Assembly (NCBI RefSeq): GCF_004010195.1
Contig: NC_057718.1
Span: 102,689,165-102,753,164, forward strand
Source: Chiloscyllium plagiosum
Lineage: Eukaryota
Length of the DNA: 64,000 bases
Direction: 5' to 3'
The notes under the pieces are model-generated. The model was not told the DNA's origin. It ran no database searches and was given only the letters and a program-made list of their open reading frames with translations. Shown here one piece after another: positions 1-12,620 of the stretch; the first letter of the stretch is position 1; every line of letters begins with the position of its first letter. A program made the position numbers and the translations under genes.

Positions 1-980
1 GGGTGACCTCGCCTTTCCTATTCCTAACCTCAGCCCAAACTACCTCAGATGGCGAGTGTTCATCCATCGTCCTTTCCACAGCTGTAATACTATCTTTGAC
101 AAGCAATGCCACACCTCCCCCTCTTTTACCCTCACCTCTGACCCTACTAAAACATTTAAACCCTGGGATCTGCAACAGCCACTCCTGTCCCTGTTCTACC
201 CATGTCTCCGTAATAGCTACAACATCGAAGTCCCAGGTACCAACCCACGCTGCAAGTTCACCTACCTTATTTCGTATACTTCTTGCATTGAAGTATACAC
301 ACTTCAAGACACTTTCCTGTTTACAGGCACCCTCCTTTGAGATTGATGCCATGTTCCTAACCTCCCTACACTCCAGGTCCTGCACCCTAAAGCTACAGTC
401 TGGGTTTCCCATGCCCCTGCAGTGTTAGTTTAAACCACCCCCAAGAGCACTAGCAAACCTCCCGCCAAGGATACTGGTGCCCCTCAGGTTCAGGTGTAGA
501 CCATCCTGTTTATAGAGGTCCCATCTTCCCCAGAAAGAACCCCAGTTATCCAGATACTGGAATCCCTCCCTCCTGCACTATCCCTGTAGCCACACATTTA
601 ACTGTTCTCTCTCCCTATTCCTCGACTCTCTATCATGTGGCACGGGTAACAAACCAGAGACAACAACTGTGTTTGTTCTAACTCTGAGCTTTCAACGTAG
701 CTCCCTGAAAGCCTGCCTAACATCCTCATCCCTCTTCCTACCTCTGTCGTTGGTGCCAATGTGGACCACGACTTCGGGCTGCTCCCCCTCCCCCTTAAGG
801 ACCCGGAAAACACGATCAGAGACGTCACGTACCCTTGCACCTGGGAGGCAACATACCAAACGTGAGTCTCTCTCGCCCCCACAAAACCGCCTATCTGTGC
901 CCCGAACTATCGAGTCCCCAATAACTATTGCTCTGCTCTTCTCCACCCTTCCCTTCTGAGCAACAGGGACAGGCTCCGTT
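1..980 (-). mobile_element. CR1-type LINE fragment: ORF1 SGNH esterase region and start of ORF2 endonuclease
   Basis: ORF 692-946(-) contains IVIGDSIVRG...CLPGARV...VVVHIGTND, the esterase motifs of CR1 ORF1; homologous sequence recurs at 44205-45780. Confidence 0.85.
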
Positions 981-1435
981 CCTTATTGTTTCTTAAGGAA
1001 CCTGGAAATTGTTTCTAAGACTGAGCTATATCCTAGTGGTCCATGTTGGTGTTTATAATCAATTGAAACATCCTCCCATCCCTCTTTATTTAACCCTACC
1101 AGCATAATCTTTCATTCCTTTTTCCCTTGTGTTCATCTAGCTTTCTCATAGATGCAACACATTGTCCTTTCGACCCCTCAGCTAGGTTTTGATTCTCTGC
1201 GAAGACTGCAGTCAAGCAGACATTTGTCCACATTTGGCTCAATCAAAAGACATAATCATCCATACAGCTTTTCCTCGATTTCCTATAGGTTGTTTGGCTT
1301 TTCAAAACAGACACCCAGGGCTTAAATTTAACTCTGGGCATTTTTATCAAGTTTTGATGGTTTATTGCATTAAAAATGCTACATAAATGCAATTTATTGT
1401 ATATGAAGTTCATTAAAACAACATTTAACACTTAC

Positions 1436-1585
1436 AAGTGAAGAACTTGTTCGGGAGACATTGTTCTTTCAGGTAATCCTGCTGGTGGGTTGAAGAGAAA
1501 TGTTCCTAGCCTGTATATCCCTTTGATCAACTGAATGTTCTGAAGAGAAAATGTATCTAAAGCCCGAAGAAATGAGAGTTCATGA
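1436..1585 (-). CDS. Unnamed cadherin-like/U-box-like/TRAF-ZnF/TPR gene, last exon found in window (NHELSFLRALDTF...PEQVLH)
   Basis: Acceptor tttttcccgtctag, donor gtaagt, 150 nt open frame; phase 2 start matches the exon ending at 5960. Confidence 0.75.
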
Positions 1586-2139
1586 CTAGACGGGAAAAAT
1601 GGATAAAAATTTACTTACAAACTATTCAAAACATCAGAATAAACTTAATCTGCTAACCCACTGAAATAAACAGAGAGATAATGGTTAACCATGGGTAAAC
1701 AGGGCAACATTAGAATCATAACATAGAGGTTTACATGATGCTGCTGGTCCTGCTTATGAGTTGGCACACTTTTGCGGCAACCCTGCCTTGACCAATTCTA
1801 GGTAGCTTGACTTGTTGGTTAGTTGGTGACAGGATGCCTATACCTTGAAAGGACTTGCAGGATTGGTGGTCACAGCTGAGACTGTACCCAGTTCGCAGCA
1901 GCATCATGGAGGCCAATCTGGAATGAAGATAAGTGTTACAGAGGAGGTGCTATTGCTTTGAGAGCAGCACCTTGCTGGAAAGCTCTCCATACGATGCATG
2001 AATGCACACATGCACACCTCACCCCCTTGCTTTTTGGTCACCCCATTTCCAGATCACAACTCAAACGTTACTATAATGATTGCTACCCAGTTGATGCTGC
2101 ATAGAGGAGATCATTTGGTCCACTGGATTCATACTATCA

Positions 2140-2560
2140 CTCTCTAGAGCTCTGTCAGCCTTGTCTGACATTACCACCAGAGTCAGTGCAGTCTCAGTTG
2201 TATGTAGGAATGCTCAGCAGAGTAGGAACAAGATTAACAACTTTGTCCACTCCATCAGGTTAAAGTGCCACCATATTGATCTCTGCTTTCATAGACTGTG
2301 CACTCTCATGGAAGGTGGCTAACACACTCACTATCACAAGCAAATCTTGCCTCAGTTTCATCCCCACCCTATTAACTCATGCAATGGCCTTTGCCCCTCC
2401 TACTCACTCCCTCGGAACATCTCACCACCTTTCTCCCAGCTTCACCAGTATGGACAGCTGAGAATCCTACCTTCATTTCTCTTAATACCTCTCTTTCCCT
2501 CATTACAGGAGAAGACTACCTACAATAGGACAGAGTGTCCCAAAATTGGTGACAGCTATC
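2140..2560 (+). mobile_element. Degenerate Harbinger-like Myb/SANT ORF remnant
   Basis: About 2180-2260 translates RVSAVSVVCRNAQQSRNKINNFVHS, resembling the VSA.S...R...QCRKK.NDL motif of Harbinger Myb proteins; boundaries approximate. Confidence 0.35.
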
Positions 2561-3989
2561 AAACATTTGTGTCCTTGTCCCTCATGAGATGAACCGGATT
2601 CGGATTGTCCTGAGGAACTGACTGACTAAGTCCAAGTTCCTGGTCTGACTTTAGAGGTTGCCCTGGACCTACATTACCTCTAATTTCACCTTTTGCTCTG
2701 TGGACCTCCCAGGTTCCTGCACAGCAGTTGGTTCTGGAACCAGAAGTCAATGTATCTCTACACCAATTGCTTTTCACAGACATTTGGTGTGGCTGCATGT
2801 GGCAATGTGTTTGATTTTCTGTGTCAGGACCACCTGACTGAAGAGTATCTTTTGACTTGACTGAAGACTGCTAACACTTGGCTTTGTATCTACATTAAAA
2901 GGCAAGAGAATATAACAATACTGTGAGCATGGTAGCTCTGGCTGAGAAGTCAAACCATAAAAGGCAAGACAAGGCCAGAAAAAGTATGTGAGCATACAGG
3001 TAGACTCAATGTGTGTGAGTGCTAAGAGATTGACAAACAGACCTGAGGTGTACCCCACAACTTCAGTCCATGTCCCTGCATGCAAAGTATCCTTGTAAAG
3101 ATGTTGCAATGATAGGTGCCAGAGCACCCTGAAGTTTAAAAAAAAAAGTGCTGCAAATGAATCCAAGATGTGCCATGATAATATAGTGAGGCTATTATGT
3201 ATTAGATGTCAATAGCTGTGAAACTGGGGTGTGGGCAGTTCTGAGGCACTGTAGCATGTGTCAAAGGTGGGACCCCAGAGGAGCAAACAGCAAGCTGGAG
3301 TCACGAGGTATGCGTTCTCACTTTCGTGACAGGAGTTTTCAGCATCTAGTTCCCTTGTGGCAGGTGGTAGCAAATGAAGCTGCGTATTTATGAGGCTGGA
3401 TTTGCAAATAATAGAAGAGTATTAACAAGCAATAATTCTTCTTAACAGACATCTTGCCAATCCCTAGCAAGAATCTTGTTTGATGCCTGGAACTCTATTG
3501 AAAAATAATAATCAGTTACTCCTGATGTCAAGGAAAACCTCACTGAAGGACTCAAGATTCTACCAAATTTCTTGCCAAAGCCCACATCATTCAGACCCCT
3601 ATAAAGATTCTGTCCCCACTATTCCCATTGTGAATCTAATATGGATTGAGTGAAGTTTTGACAGTACAGACCTGATGGACCAAAGGGCCTTTTCTATATT
3701 ATTTGATTCTACATCTCAAGTGATTTAATTTGTAATGTATCGAGTGCCTGTTGAGAAGCATTTAAAGCACATGGTGTGGACCAATTTTAAACTTCCACCA
3801 AAATGACTTATGTCATTCACCCAATTTCAGGGTCAGAGGGTGTATATCATTTTAGCTTATTCTCTGTTTGGTTGCGATGTTCAACTAAATTCTCCATGGA
3901 ATGGAGAAAAGCATAAACATTCACATTAAATGACCGACTATTAATCAATATCATACAAGAAAGGCCAAAAGAATTACTGGTAAAGGAAG

Positions 3990-5430
3990 ATTACCTCAGA
4001 GTACAACAAGGTATTGGTCAGAGTGTTGAGTACAGGAGTTGAGAGGCCATGTTGTGGCTGTACAGGACATTGGTTAGGCAGCTTTTGAAATATTGCGTAC
4101 AATTCTGGTCTCCTTCCTATAGGAAGGATGTTGTGAAACTTGAAAGGGTTAAAAGATGTACTAAGGATGTTGCCAGGGTTGGAGGATTTGAGCTATAGGG
4201 AGAGGCTGAATAGGCTGGAGTGTCACAGGCTGAGGGGTGACCTTATAGAGGTTTATAAAATCACGAGGGGTATGGATAGGATAAATTGACAAAGTCTTTT
4301 CCCTGGGATGGGGGAGTCCAGACAGCATAGGTTTAGGGTGAGAAGAGTAAGATTTAAAAGGGATCTAAGGGGCCACATTTTCACAGAGGGTGGTGTGTGT
4401 ATGGATCGAGCTGGCAGAGGAAGTGGTGGAGGCTGGTACAAATACAACATTTAAAAAGGCATCTGGAGGGGTACATGAATAGGAAGGGTTTGGACGGATA
4501 TGGGAAAAGTGCTGGCAAATGGGACTAGATAATGTTGGGATATGTGGTCGGCATGGATGAGTTCGACTGAAGGGTCTGTTTCTGTGCTGTACATCTCTAT
4601 GACTCTAAATCCTTGATAAGATGTGCCAATGCGCTAAGGAGTGGATGATGGAGTTTAATTTAGATAAATATGAGGTGCTTCATTTTGGAAAGGTAAATTC
4701 AGGGCAGGATTTGTACTCTTAATGGTAAGGTCCTGGGGAGTGTTGCTGAACAAAGATCTTGGAGTGCAGGTTCATAGCTCCTTGAAAGTGGAGTCCCAAG
4801 TTGGCTGGATAGTGAAGGCGGCATTTGGTATGCTTTCCTTTATTGGTCAGAGTATTGAATACAGGAGTTGGGAGGTCATGTTGTTGCTGTACAGGACATT
4901 GGTTAAGTCACTTTTGGAATAGTGTGTGCAGTTCTGGTTTCTTTTCTATTGGAAAGATGTTGTGAAACCTGAAAGGGTTCAGAACAGATCTACAAGGATG
5001 TTGCCAAGGTTGAGGGTTTGAGCTATAGGGAGAGGCTGAATAGGCTGGGGCTATTTTCCCTGGAGCATTGGAAGCTGAGAGGTGATATTATAGAGGTTTA
5101 TAAAATCATGAGGCGCATGGATACAGTGAATAGACAACACCATTTTTTTTGGCATAGTGTTAAGCTGAGAATGAAAAGAAATAAAAAGGACCTCAGGGGT
5201 AACCTTTCCACTCAGAGGGTGGTGTGTGAATGGAATGAACTGCCAGAGGAAGTGATGGAGGCTGTGCAATTACATTTAAAAGTCATCTGGATGGGTATGT
5301 GAATAGGAAGTGTTTAGAGGGACATGGGCCAAATGCTGGCAAATGAGATTAGATTGATTTTGAATATCTGGTTGGCATGGACAAATTGGACCAAAGGGTC
5401 TGTTTCCATGCTGTACAGCTCTATGACTCA
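3990..5430 (+). mobile_element. Two adjacent 5'-truncated CR1 LINE 3' fragments
   Basis: RT C-terminal peptides (YRSWEVML.LYRTLV; RLRGDLIEVYKI; FTQRVV..WN.LP), each ending in a ctatgact-type tail near 4605 and 5430. Confidence 0.85.
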
Positions 5431-5959
5431 GAGAAATGTCATACTGGTGCAGTATGTGCATTCCCTTGAGATTAGGAGTAAACAAAATTGCTGGGAGAAT
5501 GGAGGGAGCTTCACACTCAATCTAGAAGTACTAGGAATGTTTGTTCCTGGAAGCTGGTATTGAATTTCCCATCTGGAACGATGAAACACTAAGAGGCCAT
5601 TCATACCCTCAAGGCTATTCTGCCATTCAATCAATTCATAGCAGACCCATACCTGAACTCCATCTATGTGGAGAAACCCCTTATGCACTAATAGAGAAAC
5701 AAAAACAATGCTGTACATTACCAAACAGTGTCCCCTCAATAGACCCAGCATTGGACTAATCAACTCAAGCTCTGCAAAATGAGGTTGGCTCCAGGGATTT
5801 GTGAAAAAAAAATCTACTTGCCCAGATTCAACGACCCTGATGGCCTTATCTGTATGAAGAGTGTTTAGTCTCAGTTTCAAAATTTTGGAATTTAATTCAG
5901 AAATGTGTTATATCTCCAAACATGTATCTAGTGTATTATTGTGGACAATAAAAACTTAC

Positions 5960-6094
5960 TTTGCTGAGTTGTCACTTGGAGTTTGAAGGTCAGTTAGTAA
6001 TTGTTCTAAGCCCTGTTGGAGGTATTGAATGGCATAGCGTGTTTGAGGACCCAGGCCATCATCCTGATCTAGCACAAGCAAGCCAGCATAAAAT
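5960..6094 (-). CDS. Unnamed gene exon (R-FYAGLLVLDQDDGLGPQTRYAIQYLQQGLEQLLTDLQTPSDNSA), TPR-like helices
   Basis: Acceptor ttatcttcag, donor gtaagt, 135 nt, phase 2/2; continues the TPR begun in exon 11529-11737. Confidence 0.85.
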
Positions 6095-7205
6095 CTGAAG
6101 ATAAATAAGCAATATGTACATTTACGTCCCATTTGTTCAACTAAAATATCAGGATAGATTATCACAATGCATATATCTAAGGTTGCACAAATCCTCAATT
6201 GTTAATTAATACTTTAAATTTATATGGGCTAACCTGTTGGGGAAAATATCACCAAGAAATTCTATTAATCTTCATTCTCTTGTAGGGTGAGTGCCATTAG
6301 CTAGGCCAACATTTGTTGCCCATTCCTAATTGCCCTTGAATTGAAAGGCAGGCTGGGTCATATAACAGGACAGGTAAGAGTCAACCACGTTGTTGTGGGT
6401 CTGGAGTAACATGTAGGCAAAACTAGGTAAGGACAGCAAATTTCTTCCCTAATAGACATTAGTGAACCAGACAGCCTTGCCTTCACTGATGACTAGCTAT
6501 CAATTCCAAATTGGAATTAAGAACATAGAACAGTTCAGCACAATAGAGGCCCTTCAGACCTCAATGTTTTGCCAACCTTTTATCCTACTCTAAGATCAAA
6601 CTAACCTACATACCCTTCATTTTACTATCATCTATGTGTCTATCCAAGAGTCGCTTAAATGTCCCTAATGTATCTGGTTCTATTACTGCTGCTGACATTC
6701 CACGCACCTACCAATCTGTGTAAAGAACCTACCTTTGACATCGCCCCTAAACCTTCTTCCAATTATTCTAAAATTATGCCCCCATTAGCTGAATTGAAAT
6801 TTCTCCTGATGTCTTGGTGTGATTTGAATTCACGTCCCCAGAGCATTGGCTTAGGTGTCTGGATTACAGTCTAACTCCAATAACATTATCACTGCCCCGC
6901 CATTTCCCTAATTTAGTTATTATTCAGGTGGGAGTGTGCAAATCACATTTACAGACACAGGTTTTGGACACAAGGTATTTGGTCTCTGGTCACAGTTAAA
7001 GGCTTCTGGGTCACTTTCCCATGTCTACTAGCATTGTTCCTGTGGTCCAAATGATGTATCAGTCTGACACTTGTCAGCACCTCAAGACCATTCAATCAGG
7101 GATCAGTAGAACAGCACAGGAAATGAAGCTAACTACTATATAGTGGAGTGCTGCAGTGATCAGTGCTTGGGTCTCAGCTATTTATGATTTATATTAATGA
7201 CATTG

Positions 7206-7541
7206 GGCAGCACGGTGACTCAGTGGTTAGCACTGCTGCCTCACAACACTAGGTACCCGGGTTCAATTCCAGCCTTGGGCGACCGTCTGTGAGGAGTTTG
7301 CACATTCTCCCCGTGCCTGCGTGGGTTTCCTCTGGGTGCTCCGGTTTCCTTCCACAATCCAAAGATGTGCAGGTTAGATGGATTGGTCATGCTAAGGGTT
7401 CAGGGTTGTATAGGTCAGGTGCATTAATCAGGGGTAAATGTAGAGTATTGAGGTAGGAGAATGGGTTGTGTTGGGTTACTCTTCGGAGGGTTGTTGTGGA
7501 CTTGTTGGGCCAAAGAACCTATTTCCACATTGTAGGGATTC
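7206..7541 (+). mobile_element. tRNA-derived V-domain SINE (HE1-like)
   Basis: tRNA-like head (gtgactcagtggttagc...ggttcaattcc) followed by the V-domain gagtttgcacattctccccgtg...gctccggtttcc. Confidence 0.85.
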
Positions 7542-9059
7542 TATGACATAGATGAGAGAACAAGCAATATTGGAGACAAACTTTCGATGATGATCTTTTT
7601 GAATGGTGTAGCTGCCTTAATAGGCCAAAACTTTCTCCTACTTTTTGTGATCTCATGACCAGGGTAAGTATTCAATTGCTTAGTTTCTGCTGAGTGGAAA
7701 GAGAGGTAAAATCTCCTCCTTACACCAACAGCAGGCCATTTAATAACACAAGAAAACATAAAATGAGGAATTAAGACTGCTTCCCACACAGAACAACCAT
7801 TTTGGAGGTTACATCCATTTAATACCTGAAGGGAATGCCCTGCACACATATTTTAATTTGCAAAAAGAATCATTCAATATTTTAGGATATTCATGCATCA
7901 TGATGTTATGTTATAAAAGTATTCCATAATATTTGTATAGCCCACTAGGCCCTTAATATTTATGTTCTACAATAGCCCCCATTACCTTTTCTCAACTAAT
8001 CCCATCAAATTATTCTTCTGCTCCTTTCTCCCTCAATTGTGTAGATTTGCTTTCCTTTAAATGCAGCCATGCTTGTCACATCAGCACCTTGGTCTTGTTT
8101 CACCACAACTGCAAATCCCCTGACCCTCGCCCCAACATGAGAGAACTATTATATCATATGGAATCATTTGAACATGTCAAATTGTATCTGAAAAATCATC
8201 CCAACACATTTTTATCAAAACCTTTTTTTTGTACAAGTAGGTTTTCTCAGTCTCAGCTGAGATAGGAGGAGGAGTGTAATTGAAACATTAACACTTCCTT
8301 TCACTACTGATGCTGCCAGATCTGTTGACGCTCTCCAGCATTTGTTTTCTTTTCAGATATCCAACATTCACAGCATTTCGTTCTTGTTTTAGTCTCAATT
8401 GATTTAGCCAGGAATTCACTATCCTGTGACTATATAGCTCCTCCAAACCTGTTGCCTGACTTGGGCATTGTTAGTTATAAAGCTACATCCTCTTGCACAA
8501 AATAGCTTGCTCTTCAAAAGGCTTTTTCTACCCTGCACAGTAGATTCTTATCTATAATAATGAAAGGAAAAGTGCTGCCCAACATCAATATTAGAAATAT
8601 TTAACAGATGACCAATTTGGTATTGAATGTGAGCCAGCCTAATAAAACATCAAAATTGCCTTTCCTTATAGAAACAATCCAGAGACAGGATTAGTCTGAG
8701 AGAGATTTGGACCTATGAACATCAATAACCTTTATCTATATACTGTAGATCCTTTAACATAATGAAGCCTCCCAAGGCATTTCACAGAAGCTTATAGAAT
8801 TAAGTCAGACACCAAGCCAGAACAGGAAATATTAGACAAGATGATCAAAAGTTTAATGCTTTAAGAATTGTTTAAAGGGAGGAAAATGAGGCAGAAAAGC
8901 AATGGTGTATTAGGAGCAAATACCGGAGCTCAGGTCCAGGCAAATGCTGCAGGAATACTGCATATTGTCAATGACAGAACTCTGCTGTCAAGCCAAACAG
9001 ACATTCTGCTAATCACAGAAATGACTAATGTGCTATACAAATTTAATTGCCGAGTGAAT

Positions 9060-9612
9060 AGGTCATACATCTTGCCTTCATTAATCAGAATATTAAGTAT
9101 AGAAGTTGGAACATTATGTTGTGGCTGTACAGGACTTTGGTGAGGCTACTTTTAAAATACTGTGTGTAATTCTGGTTGCCCTTCTGTAGGAAAGATGTTA
9201 AACTTGAAAGGGTGCAGGAAGGAATTACAAGGATGTTGCCAGTACTGGAGGGTTTGGGTTATAGGGCGAGGCTGAATAGGCTGGGGCTTTCTTCCCCCGG
9301 AGTGTTGGAGGCTGAGGAGTTATTATGGGCATGGATAGAGTGAATAGCCAAGGTCTTTTCCAGGGGTGGGGTGTCCAAAACTAAAGGGCATAAGTTTAAG
9401 GTGAAAGGGGAAAGTTTTAAAATGGAGCTGAGGGATACTTCTTTTCGCGCAGAGTATGGTGCGTGCACGTAATGAGCTGCCATTATAACATTTAGATTGC
9501 ATCTGGACGGATATATGAATAGGAAGTGTTTAGAGGGATTGGTTGGGATGACTGGTTGGCATGGACGAGTTGGACCGAAAAGTCTATTTCTGTGCTGTAT
9601 GATTCTATGACA
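9060..9612 (+). mobile_element. CR1 LINE 3' fragment
   Basis: Homologous to the 3990-5430 copies; ends in a gattctatga tail. Confidence 0.8.
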
Positions 9613-9999
9613 TGGCCATTTTGTATCCTAATCACCATAAACAGTGAGATGGCCTAGTCAAAACTGAAGTATGCTTAGGTTTGTGTAAGAGGCTGACATA
9701 TATAATGAACAGAATGAAGATAAATTTCTTTCCCTTTAAAATATTGTAAAACATCTTGTCTATTTTTAAACCAATGATGTGTATTTCCAGGGCAGTAACT
9801 ACACTAACTTAGAGCGCATAAGTATATTGTGCTTAACAGGAATATGGCAAATTAGTTCAGAAATAGTGGAACTCAATGTACTTGAGACAGCAAAGTAAAA
9901 CTCAAGATGATAAATTCATCACTGTACACTTGCCGGCACATAATTAAGATATACCTGGGAATAGATCTTCCCACCTTTGTCCTTGCAAATGAACTGTTA

Positions 10000-10110
10000 C
10001 AGGAGAAGGTGAGGATTGTAGATGTTGGAGATCAGAGACGAAGAGTGTGGTGCTGGAAAAACACAGCCAGTCAGGCAACATCCAATGAGCAGGAGAATCG
10101 ACATTTCGAG
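10000..10110. mobile_element. Truncated copy of the short foldback (hammerhead-bearing) family
   Basis: gtgaggattgtagatgttggag...tgctggaaaaacacagcc...ggagaatcgacatttcg matches the left arm of the 47000-47220 element. Confidence 0.7.
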
Positions 10111-10769
10111 CTTTGTCAGAAAATGTATTGTTATGCAGAATTACAAAGTATTTATGGCACTCAAGCAGATGATTTGACCTCACTGGTTTATACTGGTGTT
10201 TTATAGCCCAGAGAAACCTCACCTCACTTCATTCCACCCTATAAGTAAATACTTTCATTCTTTACTTCCTCTCGCGTTTATCTCACTTCTACCTAAACGT
10301 ATCTGTACTATTCACATCAACTGTTTCCTACAGTAGTGAGTTCCATGTACTAAGCACTCTGAACTTTCTCCTGGATTTCTTACTGACTTTATGAGCAACC
10401 ATCTTAGATTTATAACCCTAGCTTTGTTTAGTGGAATTATTGATCAATCATTTTAATAATTATATAATTTGAAATAAGTAGTGCAGAACACAGTGAAAGT
10501 CTATAAAAACTTAAAAATACGATGCAAGATTTTTTCATTAATTGTAAAGAAAATCAAGACACTTGTCCTTGTACACAACTTCAATATTGCTGGAAAAAAA
10601 ACATTTTATTGGACCTTTTCATCTTACAATCATCAAGATAATTCCTAAGAATACCAGTGTAAAAGGAGAACCACAATATGAAAAATGCTGATTGGTTGAC
10701 AAGTGGATGGTGATTGGTGAAGCTGTTGCCATGTTTCATGCTGGTACAATGCAATATCAACATGAGTGG

Positions 10770-11480
10770 TGTTTATCACTGACAGGACATTGCTGTCAAG
10801 CCAAAAAGACATTCAGCTAATCACAGAAATGAATGATGTGCTATACAAACTCAATTGTCCAGTGAGTAGGTCATACATCTCAGACTGGGAGATCGTACCA
10901 AACAGCATATCCATTTGGTTTGCACATTCAGCAAGCTACTAACCATACCAATCAGCCTGTGCTTGTGAAACTCAAAACACAGTATCCAACTTTAGTTGTG
11001 CATTTGTGATTGGTCATTGACTAAATAATTCTGAGTGTGCTAAGAATCAGGCTGACAACCAATTTATGAATGTCATTTGGGCTTGCAGTGTGATATATGT
11101 GTGTGTACTGGAAGTTGTGTCTACTAATACACTGGGTCCTGTTATTTGCAGTCAGAAAATAATAATAATATTGTACCTGTTTCAACTAAAAAAAAAACTT
11201 AACCATTCTCTGGTTAATTTCTCAGGGAAATGACTGGACTCATCATAGCCAATTTAACTGGTTTAAATTTAAACAAAGCTTGGCAATTATTGTCAACTGT
11301 CATCTAATGAATGAATGTCCTGTGGTAACATCTCTATTCATCAGAGTCGACTTACCAACCAATCAACACTCTCTTCTCAATCACCATAAAATGTTGATTT
11401 TCCCAACACATTAGTATTTCCTGTGAATTTTCCTGAAAAAATGCAAAATGTTTTGACAAATGTGTTGTTTTTCAGCAATA
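10770..11480 (+). mobile_element. Degenerate Penelope-like element (GIY-YIG endonuclease end plus terminal repeat remnant)
   Basis: Frameshifted peptides NDVLYKLNC...RLGDRTKQHI...LNNSECAKN...GPVICSQK fit the Penelope GIY-YIG domain. Confidence 0.6.
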
Positions 11481-11528
11481 ATCCTTACCAAGGTGATGTG
11501 AGCAAAGTCTGTGGTTTTAGCTGCTCAC

Positions 11529-11737
11529 CTGATGGAAGGTTCTGTTGGTTTCTGTGCTAGTGCCACCTGTAAATGTTTCAGTGCATCATTGTTCTTTTTT
11601 TGGAACAGGTATAACCGACCAACATGAAAATTGTATTTCCAACTCTGAGGTTGAAGAGACAAGGCATCTAAGTATTTCAGCAGAGACCATTCGATGTACT
11701 TATGCTCATCGGAGACCACTGGTTTCAATTTACCATC
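11529..11737 (-). CDS. Unnamed gene exon (DGKLKPVV...YLDALSLQPQSWKYNFHVGRLYLFQKKNNDALKHLQVALAQKPTEPSI), TPR repeats
   Basis: Acceptor aatatag, donor gtgagc, 209 nt, phase 0/2; TPR signature (AL.L.P; G.LY......A...L..AL...P). Confidence 0.9.
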
Positions 11738-12395
11738 CTATATTATATAGCCAGTCAATAAAAATAAATAATATAGAGCATTAGTTATGTGATCAAAGCT
11801 CTTGCCATTAAATTACATATGTAAGGATTTATGCAGAAGTGGATCACAGAAATAAACTATTTTTTGGTGCTGGATCAGTGTTTTTCATGTTACATGTTTT
11901 GTATTTCACGGCTTCCAAATTTTGTGTTATATTACATACATGCTTATGAATCCATCAAGGCAAATTTTCACTTATTCATGCTGATGATTTATGCAGACTG
12001 TGTAACAATCAGCATTATTGCCCAATTCAATCCACTCAACTGAGTTCAATGCAAAGGACTGAATTCTCGTCTGGGACATATAACAGGTTCTCAAAGGTCA
12101 CCATCTCAGAATCATGATTTCTGGTGTAATTGTGTGTGAGAATGCAGAGAAGCTATAGCATGTGATTCTCTCACTGTGACTGAACTATAAGAAAGCAACC
12201 GGGCAAGTACAGTCTGGACAAAGCCCACTGGAAAAGGATGATGTGATCAGCTGTGGTTCACAGGTCAAGTAGTACTGGGATGGCCAGTGTACAATCTTCC
12301 CTGAGATATCATGCAGGCAAATGAAGTTCAATTTGTCTCAATCTGTTTGGTATTTTTTGAACATACAATATTAACAGTAATTTCTAGATTCATAC

Positions 12396-12620
12396 CTTCC
12401 CTGCTTGCTGAGCTTTCCAGCTGTAGAGTGACTGTACATAATCAGATTTGGCAGCCTGTCCCTGTTCCTTTAATTGGTGGTATTCCATGTCCAATGCCTT
12501 CAGTTGTTGCTGTAGTGTGCAATCTGCTTTGAAGCCATGAAGTCTACAAATGACTGCAATTTCATCATTTCTACCAGAGGTCTCAGCTGCAGAGAGCTTT
12601 TCTGCACCCTGTTCTTCAAT
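12396..12620 (-). CDS. Unnamed gene exon (IEEQGAEKL...YSWKAQQAGK)
   Basis: Acceptor ctgccctcag, donor gtatga, 225 nt, phase 0/0, open frame (ORF 12390-12641). Confidence 0.85.

Noticed and set aside
7206-7280. tRNA-like sequences with A/B boxes (also at 31736, 36500, 39840, 46225)
   Set aside because: They are SINE heads continuing into the V-domain, not tRNA genes
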